Below are positions 1-9,876 of a DNA stretch of 39,499 nt, piece by piece (the stretch's first letter is position 1; the number at the start of each line of letters is the position of its first letter). The notes under the pieces are model-generated. The model saw nothing but the letters and a program-made list of their open reading frames with translations. It was not told the DNA's origin and made no database searches. This DNA is from Candidatus Methylomirabilales bacterium (GTDB lineage: Bacteria; Methylomirabilota; Methylomirabilia; Methylomirabilales; 2-02-FULL-66-22). Position numbers and translations under genes: made by a program. The stretch is from NCBI GenBank assembly GCA_044451055.1, contig JBIOJT010000002.1:1-39499 (forward strand), in the 5' to 3' direction.

Positions 1-1515
1 ATCCCGGACTTCATCGAGCGCAAGCACGGCCGGACCAAGGTGACGTACGACCATCCCTTGATGGAGGAGATCCTCAAGGGCACCTACGGGATCATGGTCT
101 ACCAGGAGCAGGTGATGCGGATCGCCTCCGACCTGGCCGGATTCAGCATGGGCGAGGCGGACATCCTGCGCCGGGCCATGGGCAAGAAGAACCCCGAGCT
201 CATGGCCGAGCAGCGGAAGAAGTTCGTGGACGGCGCCGTGGCCCGCGGGGTCCAGGAGAAGAAGGCGGAGCGGATCTTCGGATTCATGGAACAGTTCGCC
301 GGCTACGGCTTCAACAAGTCCCATTCGGCGGCGTACGCCATCATCGCCTACCAGACCGCCTACCTCAAGGCCAACTACCCGGTGGAGTTCATGGCCGCCC
401 TGCTCACGTCCGAGATGGCCGACACGGACAAGATCGTGAAGTACATCGAGGAGTGCCGGGCCATGGGAATCGAGGTCCTGCCACCGGATGTGAACGAGTC
501 CAGCAACGACTTCGGGGTGGTGGGGGAGAAGATCCGCTTCGGGCTGGTGGCGGTGAAGAACGTGGGGGAGGCCGCCATCCAGTCGATCCTGACCGCGCGG
601 CGCGACCAGGGGCGATTTCGCGACCTCTTCGACTTCTGCGAGCGGGCGGACCTGCGCCTGGTGAACAAGCGGGTGATCGAGAGCCTGATCAAGTGCGGCG
701 CCTTCGACTCCCTGGGGGCACGGCGGGCCCAGCTCATGGCCGTGGTGGACAAGGCCATGGAGGCCGCTTCAGCGGCCCAGCGGGACCGGGCGCACGGGCA
801 GGTGTCGCTGCTGGACATGCTGTCCTCGGCCGGGGCCACCCGGCGCGAATCGCCGGCATTGCCCGATTTGCCGGAGTGGGACCGGCCGCAACTGCTGGCT
901 GGCGAGAAAGAGACGCTGGGCTTCTACATCACGGGCCACCCGCTGGCGGAGCACCGGGGACTCATCGCGAAGTACACGAGCATGACGACGGAGGATCTGC
1001 CCTCGCTTCCGGACAAGTCCACGGTGAAGCTGGGGGCCATTGTCACCGCGGTCAAGGAGATCAGCACCAAGAACGGGGACCGGATGGCCTTCGTCACGCT
1101 CGAGGACATGCAGGGATCGGTGGAGGCGGTGGTCTTCCCCGACCTGTACCGATCCAGCATGCTGCACCTGGCGAAGGACTCGGCGGTCCTGGTGAAGGGG
1201 CAGGTGGACATCGGGGAGGAGACGGTCAAGCTCTTGCTGAGCGAGGTGCAACCCCTGGCTCTGTCGGGGAACGGAAGCCTCCCCTTGGTCGAGGTGACGT
1301 TGGCCGGAGTGTCCGCCAGCTCCGACGGGTTGCGGCGACTGAAGGCCCTCCTCGAGATGCATCCGGGTAGCTCTCCCTGGCGCCTGCACCTCCAGCTTCC
1401 CGAGGGAGGCCAGGTCACCATCGCCCCCGCGCCCGGGCTGACCGTGGCGGCGGACGAAAGCCTCCGCCAAGAGCTGGAGGAAGCATTCGGCCCCGGGTGT
1501 CTCGCCATCCGTTGA
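1..1515 (+). CDS. dnaE: DNA polymerase III alpha subunit, C-terminal part (5' end cut by window edge)
   Basis: Frame 1 is open from nt 1 ([42 protein letters not shown]...[17 protein letters not shown]), typical DnaE sequence. Stop at 1513-1515. Followed by accA, the classic dnaE-accA synteny. Confidence 0.93.
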   Translation: MPDFIERKHGRTKVTYDHPLMEEILKGTYGIMVYQEQVMRIASDLAGFSMGEADILRRAMGKKNPELMAEQRKKFVDGAVARGVQEKKAERIFGFMEQFAGYGFNKSHSAAYAIIAYQTAYLKANYPVEFMAALLTSEMADTDKIVKYIEECRAMGIEVLPPDVNESSNDFGVVGEKIRFGLVAVKNVGEAAIQSILTARRDQGRFRDLFDFCERADLRLVNKRVIESLIKCGAFDSLGARRAQLMAVVDKAMEAASAAQRDRAHGQVSLLDMLSSAGATRRESPALPDLPEWDRPQLLAGEKETLGFYITGHPLAEHRGLIAKYTSMTTEDLPSLPDKSTVKLGAIVTAVKEISTKNGDRMAFVTLEDMQGSVEAVVFPDLYRSSMLHLAKDSAVLVKGQVDIGEETVKLLLSEVQPLALSGNGSLPLVEVTLAGVSASSDGLRRLKALLEMHPGSSPWRLHLQLPEGGQVTIAPAPGLTVAADESLRQELEEAFGPGCLAIR

Positions 1516-1636
1516 TATTCCGCTCGCCGGGTGCCGATCCGAATGTGACTCCGCATCGTCCGAGCACGAGATTCGACAGCGATATCCGATAGGGACAGCG
1601 CGTGGGGAATCGCTGTCGGTTCATCGGGAGTGCGGG

Positions 1637-2596
1637 ATGCCGACCTACACCCTGGATTTCGAGAGGCCGATTCTGGAACTGGAGGCCAAGATCCGGGAAC
1701 TGAAGCAGTTCGCGGAGGTGGAGAAGGTGGACTTCTCCACCGAGATCGCTCGTCTCGAGCGGAAGGTCGCCCGGCTGCAAGAGGAAGTCTTCGCCAACCT
1801 CACCCCCTGGCAGCGCACCCAGATTGCCCGACACCCCCACCGCCCCTACGCCATGGATTACATCCGGCTGATGCTGACCGACTTCATCGAGCTGCACGGG
1901 GATCGCGCCTTTGCCGACGACCGGGCGATCGTGGGCGGCCTGGCCCGGCTGGAGGGGATGCCCCTGGTCGTCATCGGCCACCAGAAAGGCCGGGACACCA
2001 AGGAGAAGCTGGCCCGAAACTTCGCCATGGCCAACCCCGAGGGCTATCGCAAGGCGCTCCGCCTCATGAAGATGGCGGAGAAGTTCGGCAAGCCGGTCCT
2101 CAGCCTGGTGGACACTCCGGGGGCGTACCCCGGGATCGGGGCCGAAGAGCGGGGGCAGGCCGAGGCCATCGCCCGGAACCTCCGCGAGATGTCAGGGCTT
2201 CGGGTCCCCATCGTGGTGGTGATCTCCGGGGAGGGAGGCTCGGGCGGCGCCCTGGGGATCGCCGTTGGGGATACCGTCCTGATGCTGGAGTACGCCATCT
2301 ACTCGGTGATCTCCCCCGAGGGCTGTGCCTCCATCCTGTGGCGTGACCCGGCCAAGGCACCCGAGGCGGCGGCGGCCATGGGGATCACGGTTCAGACACT
2401 CAAGCGCCTGGACCTGATTGACGAGATCGTCTCGGAGCCCACAGGTGGGGCGCACCGCAACCACCAGGAGATGGCCACCACGCTGAAGGGCGCCCTGGTG
2501 AAGGCCTTCGATCGTTTGCGCCGCCTTCCTCCGGAGGAGTTGCTGGAGCAGCGGTACCAGAAGTTCCGACGGATGGGCGTATTCGAGGAAGGCTGA
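1637..2596 (+). CDS. accA: acetyl-CoA carboxylase carboxyltransferase alpha subunit
   Basis: 319 aa. [18 protein letters not shown]..., [36 protein letters not shown] are hallmark AccA motifs. GGGAG upstream of the ATG. Confidence 0.95.
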   Translation: MPTYTLDFERPILELEAKIRELKQFAEVEKVDFSTEIARLERKVARLQEEVFANLTPWQRTQIARHPHRPYAMDYIRLMLTDFIELHGDRAFADDRAIVGGLARLEGMPLVVIGHQKGRDTKEKLARNFAMANPEGYRKALRLMKMAEKFGKPVLSLVDTPGAYPGIGAEERGQAEAIARNLREMSGLRVPIVVVISGEGGSGGALGIAVGDTVLMLEYAIYSVISPEGCASILWRDPAKAPEAAAAMGITVQTLKRLDLIDEIVSEPTGGAHRNHQEMATTLKGALVKAFDRLRRLPPEELLEQRYQKFRRMGVFEEG

Positions 2597-2786
2597 CCAG
2601 GACCCGTCGTCCATGCCTGCCAGGCACCCATGGGAGTATCCGGGGCGGCTTTTCTGTTTTTTGTCGTCCGTGCGCCCGGGCGTGGGGTGGGGTGGGGTTC
2701 GCGACGGGCGGCGAAGGGAGAGGCAGGAGCTGGTACACATCCCGGCATCGAGGCATCCGGCAGAGAAAGGAGGGCCCGTGCTCTTC

Positions 2787-3050
2787 ATGGTCATCGAGCG
2801 GTTCAAGAACCGGGATGGGAAAGCAGTCTATCGCCACTTTCTGCAGAAGGGCCGAGGGCTGCCTGAAGGGTTAACATTTGTGGCGGGCTGGATCGAAGCG
2901 AACTTCGACCGGTGCTTCCAACTCATGGAATGCGACGACGCACGCCTCCTTCAGCGGTGGGTGCTTCATTGGCAAGGCCTGATCGAGTTCGAGATCATCC
3001 CCGTGGTCCCGTCCAAGGAAACGGTGGAAACAATCACCCCGATGCTCTGA
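2787..3050 (+). CDS. small DUF3303-like protein (hypothetical)
   Basis: MVIERFKNRDGKAVYRHFLQKGRGLPEGLTFVAGWIEANFDRCFQLMECDD... resembles the DUF3303 family. GAAAGGAGGG lies 12 nt upstream of ATG 2787. The 5' part of track ORF 2613..3050 is Arg/Gly-rich and looks non-coding. GTG 2778 is an alternative start. Confidence 0.55.
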   Translation: MVIERFKNRDGKAVYRHFLQKGRGLPEGLTFVAGWIEANFDRCFQLMECDDARLLQRWVLHWQGLIEFEIIPVVPSKETVETITPML

Positions 3051-3083
3051 TCCCTTTCTGGAGACCAGAGGAGAGACTCTTCC

Positions 3084-4127
3084 ATGCCGATTCTCGGGCA
3101 CGAACCTCTCGAAACACTCGCGCGAGAGATCTTCCAGGCCATCCGCGTCCCGCGGGATGGGGCCGCGTGGATGGCCAAACTTCTGGTCCGGGCCAACCTG
3201 CGCGGGCATGATTCCCATGGAGTCATCCGCATCCCCCAATACATCGCCTCATGGCGCAAGGGCGAAGCGAATCCAACAGCCGAGCCGCAGATCGTGCAGG
3301 AAGGGCCGGCCACTGCGTTAATGGACGGGAAGCTGGGCTTTGGACAGATCGTGGCCCGACACGGGATGGAGGTGGCCATGGAGAAGGCGGCGGCGGTCGG
3401 CGTCTCGACCGTCGGCGTCTTCAACAGCAACCACATCGGCCGTCTGGCGGATTACACAGAGATGGCGCTCGCGCGCGACATGCTGGCCATGCTGGCCGTG
3501 AATGCCGGCGGCGCCGGACAGCGCATGGCGCCGTGGGGCGGCCGTGCGCCGCGTCTGAGCACGAACCCCATCGCCTTTGCCTGTCCCGCTGGAGGTGCCC
3601 AACCCATCAGCTTCGACATCGCAACCACGGTCGCCGCCGAGGGGAAAGTCCGGGTGAAGCGGAACCGGAAGGAGCAGATGCCCCTCGGCTGGGTCCTGGA
3701 TGCGGAGGGACGGCCCACGGCGGATCCCAATGCTCTCTACGGCAATCCTCCTGGCACCATCCTGCCGGCGGGCGGGCACAAGGGATACTGCCTGGCCCTG
3801 ATGATCGAGGTCCTGGGGGGGATCATGGCTCGCGGAGGATACTCGAAGGAACATCCCGGACCACTCCGGAACGGGGTGTTCATGGTCGTCGTGGATATCG
3901 CGCGCTTCGTCCCGCCCGACACCTTCCGCGCCGAGGTGGACGATCTCGTCCGATATCTCAAGACCTGTCCCACGGTGCCGGGAACGGACACGATCCTCAC
4001 GCCGGGCGAGCCAGAGGCGATCATGGAGGCGGAGCGCCGCCGGTCGGGAATCTTCGTCGAGGACCAGACCTGGCACCAGATTCGAGAGATCGCGCGGGAA
4101 CTGGGGGTAGCGGTTCCGATCGCGTAG
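3084..4127 (+). CDS. Ldh_2 family (malate/L-lactate/ureidoglycolate dehydrogenase-like) oxidoreductase
   Basis: 347 aa. LRGHDSHGVIRIPQY, NSNHIGRLADY, STNPIAFACP and AGGHKGYCLALMIEVLGG match the Ldh_2 (PF02615) fold pattern. Confidence 0.85.
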   Translation: MPILGHEPLETLAREIFQAIRVPRDGAAWMAKLLVRANLRGHDSHGVIRIPQYIASWRKGEANPTAEPQIVQEGPATALMDGKLGFGQIVARHGMEVAMEKAAAVGVSTVGVFNSNHIGRLADYTEMALARDMLAMLAVNAGGAGQRMAPWGGRAPRLSTNPIAFACPAGGAQPISFDIATTVAAEGKVRVKRNRKEQMPLGWVLDAEGRPTADPNALYGNPPGTILPAGGHKGYCLALMIEVLGGIMARGGYSKEHPGPLRNGVFMVVVDIARFVPPDTFRAEVDDLVRYLKTCPTVPGTDTILTPGEPEAIMEAERRRSGIFVEDQTWHQIREIARELGVAVPIA

Positions 4128-4374
4128 CGGGCCTGACGGCTCAGAAGCCATGCTGCGACGCTGGAAGACACTGTGGTGGGAGAAGGGGATTGAACCGCGC
4201 CAAGAGCGCCAAGGAACTCTCCTCGCTCGGGCTCTCAGAGGGAAGTGCCGAGGAGCCGTTCGGAACATTATGGTCCGGAGTCTTGCCTGGATAGCGGGGA
4301 GCTGACGGTTCTCGGCGACCCTGGCGCACCAAGGGCGGTGCCGTTGATACCGGCGATTGATTTTTTCTCTCGGA

Positions 4375-4740
4375 TCAGTTGGTGGCGTAGGGGCGGAGGA
4401 TCTCGGGAAGCTGGGCCGTGAAAGCCGAGCGGGGCATGACCCGGCCGCACCCGGCCTCCACCGCCGCCGCCTTGAGGTCCTGTTGCACGTGAGAGCAGAA
4501 GCCGAGGACGGCCGTATCCTTCAAGTCGGGATCCGCCTTCAGCCGGCGAATGGCTTCCAGCGGCCGACAGCCCTCGGCGTTGAGATCGAAGATCACGAGG
4601 GCGGGCACATCGGCGCGCAGCTTCTCGTCCAGTGCCTCGAATGAGCGGACGAAAACCAGCGGCACATTGAGCCGGACTGCCGTCTCGGCAATCTTGGCCC
4701 CGAAGAACAGGTCGTCAACCGCGGCGATTACACCGGTCAC
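4375..4740 (-). CDS. stand-alone CheY-like receiver domain protein
   Basis: 121 aa, GTG start. The acidic pair (AAVDDLFF) and putative phospho-acceptor (LVIFDLNAEG) are arranged as in REC domains. No output domain. Confidence 0.6.
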   Translation of the reverse strand: MTGVIAAVDDLFFGAKIAETAVRLNVPLVFVRSFEALDEKLRADVPALVIFDLNAEGCRPLEAIRRLKADPDLKDTAVLGFCSHVQQDLKAAAVEAGCGRVMPRSAFTAQLPEILRPYATN

Positions 4741-4765
4741 GATTCAGCCTGCCAGACAGCCCCGA

Positions 4766-5986
4766 TTAGGCCTTCTTCAAGAGCTTGGCCGCCCTGGGTG
4801 CCCGGAGTCTGTGGGCGGACCCGAACCCTGACCCAAGCAGGGGCCGGACGTAGGAGATGAAGGCGTCGGTCACGTCATTGCCTTCCTGATTGATGAACTC
4901 GTCCGGCATCCTCCGCGTCTTCGCGGCGATCTCTTCCAGCGGGCTCAGCCGGTAGTCCACGGAGTAAGAGCCCGTCCGGTGGATGGTGACCGAGCCGTCC
5001 ATGTTGTGCCACAAGGCAAACTGGACTGCCCGTTCGCCCACCTCTCGCGCCTCGTGCTGATCCACGTCCGACACGCAGCCGAAGAACGACCGCTGCAGAT
5101 ACCCGAACGTGTCGGACCGGATCCGCTTAATACTCAGGTGCTGCTTCACCTGCTGGGCCAGGAGATCCCCAAGGGCTCCAGTCCCGGACAACTGGATATT
5201 CCCGTGGGCGTCCTTCTCCACGCGGTCGACCAAGTTGGTGATGATCGGCTTCCCCTCCGAATCGATGATCCCCTCCGAAACCGCCACGACGCACCGTCCG
5301 AAACGGTCGTAGACCTGCCGGACATCCTTCAGGAACTGGTCGACGCTGAACGGGCGCTCCGGCAGGTAGATCAGATGGGGTCCGTCGTCGGGATATTTTC
5401 TGGCCATGGCCGACGCCGCGGTCAGAAAGCCCGCATTCCGGCCCATGATGACGGCGATGTAGACCCCGGGCAGCGCGGCATTGTCCAGGTTCGCCCCGAT
5501 GAACGCCTGGGCGACGAACCGCGCCGCCGAGCCGTAGCCTGGCGTGTGGTCATTCACGGTTAGGTCGTTGTCGATCGTCTTGGGGATGTGGATGGCGCGG
5601 AATTCGTAGTCCGGTTTCTCCGGCTGCCCGTTCATGATCCGCACCGTGTCAGCGGAATCGTTGCCCCCGACGTAGAAGAAGTAACGGATGTCGTGAGCCC
5701 GCATGACCTGGAACATCTCCCTGCAGTATTTCTCATCGGGTTTGTCCCGCGTCGAGAAGAGGGTCGAAGAGGGAGTGATGGCGACCTGCTCGAGGTTGTG
5801 CGTGGTTTCCTGGGTTAGATCCAGGAAGTCCTCGTTGATGATGCCGCGAACGCCGTACGCGGCACCATACACGCTGGTCACCTGGGGGAACTTTCGTGAT
5901 TCGAGCACGACCCCCACGAGCGACTGGTTGATGACCGCGGTCGGACCGCCGCCCTGCGCCACCAAGACCTTCCCGACAAGTTTCAT
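4766..5986 (-). CDS. 6-phosphofructokinase, PfkA family (GGNDS / PKTIDND / MGR motifs; possibly PPi-dependent)
   Basis: 406 aa. VAQGGGPTAVIN, FFYVGGNDSADT, IPKTIDNDL, VIMGRNAGFL. Strong SD (AAGGAGG) 5 nt upstream of ATG 5986. Confidence 0.9.
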   Translation of the reverse strand: MKLVGKVLVAQGGGPTAVINQSLVGVVLESRKFPQVTSVYGAAYGVRGIINEDFLDLTQETTHNLEQVAITPSSTLFSTRDKPDEKYCREMFQVMRAHDIRYFFYVGGNDSADTVRIMNGQPEKPDYEFRAIHIPKTIDNDLTVNDHTPGYGSAARFVAQAFIGANLDNAALPGVYIAVIMGRNAGFLTAASAMARKYPDDGPHLIYLPERPFSVDQFLKDVRQVYDRFGRCVVAVSEGIIDSEGKPIITNLVDRVEKDAHGNIQLSGTGALGDLLAQQVKQHLSIKRIRSDTFGYLQRSFFGCVSDVDQHEAREVGERAVQFALWHNMDGSVTIHRTGSYSVDYRLSPLEEIAAKTRRMPDEFINQEGNDVTDAFISYVRPLLGSGFGSAHRLRAPRAAKLLKKA

Positions 5987-6124
5987 GTGAACCTCCTTAT
6001 GGCCTCCTCTTCAGGAAATCCAGACCGATACCCCCAATAACGAAGAAAGCTCACCACGGGCGAAAAAGGGGGGGGAAAGGGGAAACCCTGCAATATGACG
6101 CCCATCGAAGATAGCGTCACGTGT

Positions 6125-6506
6125 TATTTCGCCAGCACCCGTGAGGGCTCCAGGACGTGACGGTCCAAGGACTTCGTCTTCCAAACGGTTCCGCACGGGG
6201 GCTGGTAATCACATCGCCCTTGATGAGAGCGACCAGTACCGCGAGTCCGCCGCAGGCGAGGCTCTCGGTCGCGCCCGCGCCGAGCCGGGTGGCCAGGATC
6301 CGATCGAGCATCCCAGGCGTGCCGCGTCGCTGGAGGATGCCGCCCACGTCCCGCGCCGTGAGCGACTCCATCATGCCCGAGATCAGACCGGTGCAGTCAT
6401 TGCGGATGCCGAAGACCCCCCATCCGTGGTCAAGACCTGTACGGACGACCGTGCGAATGACCGTATTCATCCCCGGCACGTCACCTTCGCTGGTCAGGAC
6501 GGCCAT
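6125..6506 (-). pseudogene. pfkA: relic of an ATP-type 6-phosphofructokinase (internal deletion plus frameshift)
   Basis: MAVLTSEGDVPGMNTVIRTVVRTGLDHGWGVFGIRNDCTGLISG...RDVGGILQRRGT is a PfkA N-terminus (SGGD mutated to SEGD). It joins directly to a PfkA C-terminal segment, DRILATRLGAGATESLACGGLAVLVALIKGDVITSP. The natural-looking end (GTVWKTKSLDRHVLEPSRVLAK-stop at 6127..6125) is in a different frame. Confidence 0.7.
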
Positions 6507-6816
6507 CCGCTTCGTGGTGGCTCTCCTCGCAACGCGGTGATGAGTGCTGGAATTGCCCCCTTGAGGGTATGCGGCCGTCTCGCCCCTGTCAAGGCTCCGG
6601 CATCGCGGACAGTACATTTCAGCCCGGGCGCCGGCGAGGTGGGCTGCCGTATCCGAACACCCCAATTGAGGCCCCGGATGCCCATCAGCACCATGTCGTA
6701 GCACGGGATCCAGGCGGGAACCGTGAATATGTCAATCTGCGCGGCCAGGGTTCCGGCAGGGGTCCCGAGGCTGAAGCGACCACAGGTGCTCTGCGGCTAC
6801 CTACTCTCACGTCCTG

Positions 6817-7005
6817 CTATGACTGCTGTAGCCAGACGTAGCTCACGTAGACCGCCGGAATGACGAACAGGACCCACAACAGGGTGTGCCAGCCTGCAAA
6901 GACTTCTGGCCACGTCGAACCCACAGCCAGACCGAGGGACGCCATTGAGAGCTTGAGGAGACTCAATTGCCACCACGCAAAAGTAAAGGACCTGAAGAAT
7001 TTCAT
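6817..7005 (-). CDS. small hydrophobic (two-TM) hypothetical protein
   Basis: 62 aa, MKFFRSFTFAWWQLSLLKLSMASLGLAVGSTWPEVFAGWHTLLWVLFVIPAVYVSYVWLQQS, with two hydrophobic segments. GGAG upstream. Lies in the lower-GC stretch. No family recognised. Confidence 0.4.
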   Translation of the reverse strand: MKFFRSFTFAWWQLSLLKLSMASLGLAVGSTWPEVFAGWHTLLWVLFVIPAVYVSYVWLQQS

Positions 7006-7153
7006 CTTCCACTTCTCCTGCCACCCTTGCTAGAAACACCTACCACACCTTCGACTAGAACCGCCTGATCTCCTCCAGCACGTCGCCCCGCGTGGTCAGC
7101 CCTCAGGCTCCTCTTAGCCCAGCCGACCGTGATGTAAGGAGACTTCATGCTCC

Positions 7154-7699
7154 CTATAGCTTGTCGGCCTCTTTCGAGCGGGGTTCATAGATGAGCAGGA
7201 GCCTTCCGTCGAAGTAGTGCAGGCTGATGATTGTCTTCGGGAAACTCCACCAAGCAACCCAGTCATCGAATCCCGCGGGACCATTCCTCGGTTTGTTTTC
7301 GTGCGCGGAAGTGGGGGGACCGTACTTCTCCGTGAGGAGCATCTCCAGCCTTCGGTACAGAACCGCGTTCAGCGCCCCTGAGGCTGCTGTCTCCCGCTTT
7401 GGCTGAATCTGAATTTTGGTGAGCGTCTTGGTACTCACGTCAAACAAGAACAGCACTCGATACCGCGTCCCGTCGATGCTGTAGTCAGGAATCTCCACGG
7501 TGGCAGTGCCGCTGGAGAAACGCACTTCCTTGTCGAGCTTTCGCGCTTCGCCTTTGAAGATTTCAAGAATCTCTGCTTCGGTCATGCCCCATTTTGCAGA
7601 ACGCCAGGCTTCAATGTCAGTCGGCCCTTGAGCGGTTGAAGCCACGGGAACGAGAACGATTGTTGCCGCCACACTGAGGAAAAAGAGGATCGTCCTCAT
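7154..7699 (-). CDS. secreted/periplasmic hypothetical protein (signal peptide)
   Basis: Start chosen at MRTILFFLSVAATIVLVPVASTAQG (signal-peptide-like) with GGAAAGGGGGG upstream. 181 aa, mixed-charge soluble body. Codon usage visibly less GC3-biased than the neighbours. No family recognised. Confidence 0.65.
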   Translation of the reverse strand: MRTILFFLSVAATIVLVPVASTAQGPTDIEAWRSAKWGMTEAEILEIFKGEARKLDKEVRFSSGTATVEIPDYSIDGTRYRVLFLFDVSTKTLTKIQIQPKRETAASGALNAVLYRRLEMLLTEKYGPPTSAHENKPRNGPAGFDDWVAWWSFPKTIISLHYFDGRLLLIYEPRSKEADKL

Positions 7700-9207
7700 G
7701 CCAGCCCCCCTTTCCACAACCTGACACCCCTGGGCACACCTATCCCCTTACGCAGCGGTGGAGAGAGCATCTTCGCCATCACGACTCAGAACGAAACCGG
7801 CTGGAAGGCGAGGATGGCCTTGCATCGGTCCTCCCCTTCTCGGGACGTGAAAGTTCGAGGTATGGGAACCACGGGCTGCCGAGTGCCCTGGCTGGACAAG
7901 TGGATGAGAAGACAGCAAGCGCCATCGCGGCCCGTTATGCGCGGTAGGGATATGGTGGGCGAGCACTCCCGCCATGTGGGGATAGTTTCGGAAGCCTCGT
8001 AAGGGAGCGTATCGAATGCGGCAGGGGGAGTCAAGGGGAATGCTCCCCACCAGGAGGATTGGAGGATGAAGAAGATCTGGAAGGACTGCCCCAGAAGGAT
8101 ATCTCGCCCACAGGGATTCGGCAGGGGGCAGAATGAAGTGGAGGGTCGCTAGACAGACGCGATTTTTGCCCTTGATTCGCGCCGCGAGGTCACCGCGCCC
8201 AGCCCTATGGTGGGCTGCACATCTGGACTCCGTCTCCAGCGGCGACTACCCACACTCGCTGGCGTGCATCGGAGTGTGTCCAGCAGGCACCCCTTTCCAT
8301 AGCCTGCCGATCTGCGATGAGCGAAAAAAATAATGTGAGGCTGAGTGGACGAGCGTGCGAATCAGACATTCCCATCCAAGTTGAATCCCATCCTCTTTCG
8401 ACCTCGTCTGCCTCTCTTGCTTCTTTCTGTTCCTCATTCGTTGCAGTGCGTCTCTTCGTGTCTCCAGGTGTCTTAACAGTTGGCGCACCCCGCCGCACGG
8501 GCACGGCACTTGACGCGGTGCTACTCAGCCTCTCCCATAGTCCAAGCATCGGGAGTTGATATTACGGAGGAGCGATGTCGCGAGGCAACGTGTGCGCGCC
8601 GTCCGTCCGACACCGGGAGCGTTCGCTGAAGGGGTGATAATCCTTTGCCGCCCTCGTCACTTTTTGTCATTCTCTTCCCCGGCAACTCTCGCATCTACCA
8701 GGTGAGAACTCCTCGAAAGAGCGATAGATCTTGGTTGGCCAGACCGGACCCCGGCCTTTCCGGGGATGTGGGAACGAATCTCGCATAGGCAGTGGGTGGC
8801 GAATCAAAGTGATGCTCAGCGAGAATAGGCCCCCCGTCGTCCTGGTTCGGTGGACGGATGCGCCGCGGGGTGAGTGGTTTCTAGGGGGCTGGTGGTTCTG
8901 TCAAAAGAGCAGTAGCTCCACCCTCCAGCGCCGGGAAGACCGGGTGCGCGTGCGGGAGCGGGTTCCGGTCCAGCTCCTGCGCTGGGAGGCCAAGGTCATT
9001 GACATCCGCCTCTCGGGTGCTCTCATCGGGCACACGAAACCAGTGCGCGTAGGGGATGCCTACCGTGACTGCAGGAAGGCAAAGCAGGATGAGGACCTCC
9101 CCAGCGGGCCCCCTTGGGTGCTCCCAGGAACGGCGAGATGGGCAGTCTCCGGGGCGGGGCAGGGCCAACTCGCCTGCACAGCTTATCGGGGAGTAGGAAG
9201 GCAGCCC

Positions 9208-9876
9208 ATGTCCGACTGGTCCATACATCGCCGGTTCGCCCGTTACCGGATTTCCCTCCCGATCGTCCACAGGTCCGTGCCCACAGGCATCGGCGCCGGG
9301 GTGGGCTGGACCCGGGACCTGAGCGAGGGGGGCGCGTGCGTGGAATTGGCCGAGCGTCTCTGGCCCCAAACCCCCATCCACCTCTGCCTCCAGACAGGCC
9401 GAGGCCACCTTGAAGTGGAGGCGCGGGTGGCTTGGACCGGGGAGCCCGATTCGGCCAGGGGCTGTACGCCCCATGGCCTGGCCTTCACGAAGGTCGCCGA
9501 AGATCAGCTTCAGGCGCTCCGGGACCTGATCCTCTCGCGGGAACAGGTGCGGCAGGCTGGGGTGCGCCTGCCTGTAGCGCTTCCCGTGACCTTTCGACCC
9601 AAGGGGCACTCCGGGCCCTCGCTCCACGGCCGGACCGGCAATATCAGCCGCGGGGGGCTCTCGCTTCGCCTCCTCCAGGCGTTCCCGCCCGGCATGGCGC
9701 TGGAAGTTACCCTCCACACCCGCACGGGGCCACTCACGGCGGAAGGGACGATCGCCTGGGTTGCCCCGCCAGACACGCGCAGGCCAGGGGAACTGATCCC
9801 GCACGGCTTGCGCTTCACCGCCTTCGGCTGGGCCACATCCGACTCCTTGGGTCTCGTCCTGGCGGAGTCCGTGTAG
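9208..9876 (+). CDS. tandem (di-)PilZ domain protein, paralog 1
   Basis: Two PilZ units. Unit 1: RRFARYR...DLSEGG...PHGLAF. Unit 2: VRQAGVRLPV...NISRGG...PHGLRF. ATG 9208 follows GGAG..GGAAGG and corresponds to the N-terminus of the downstream paralog. The frame is also open upstream to 8731 (see findings). Confidence 0.72.
   Translation: MSDWSIHRRFARYRISLPIVHRSVPTGIGAGVGWTRDLSEGGACVELAERLWPQTPIHLCLQTGRGHLEVEARVAWTGEPDSARGCTPHGLAFTKVAEDQLQALRDLILSREQVRQAGVRLPVALPVTFRPKGHSGPSLHGRTGNISRGGLSLRLLQAFPPGMALEVTLHTRTGPLTAEGTIAWVAPPDTRRPGELIPHGLRFTAFGWATSDSLGLVLAESV

Noticed and set aside
2597-2665. T-rich tract (CTTTTCTGTTTTTTG) after accA as an intrinsic terminator
   Set aside because: Only weak or short stems (TGCCTG/CAGGCA with a 1-nt loop) precede the T-tract. 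That is not enough to call a terminator.
8066-8152. 28-codon mini-ORF with a strong SD, considered as a feature
   Set aside because: It was not listed as a CDS. There is no family, no conservation evidence and it is very short. It is kept only as an observation inside the gene-less-region finding.
8560-8810. c-di-GMP (GEMM-type) riboswitch upstream of the PilZ genes
   Set aside because: I looked for the conserved ACGCAAAGC-type core and paired-helix arrangement and found neither. This was a by-eye check only, so an Rfam scan is still advisable.
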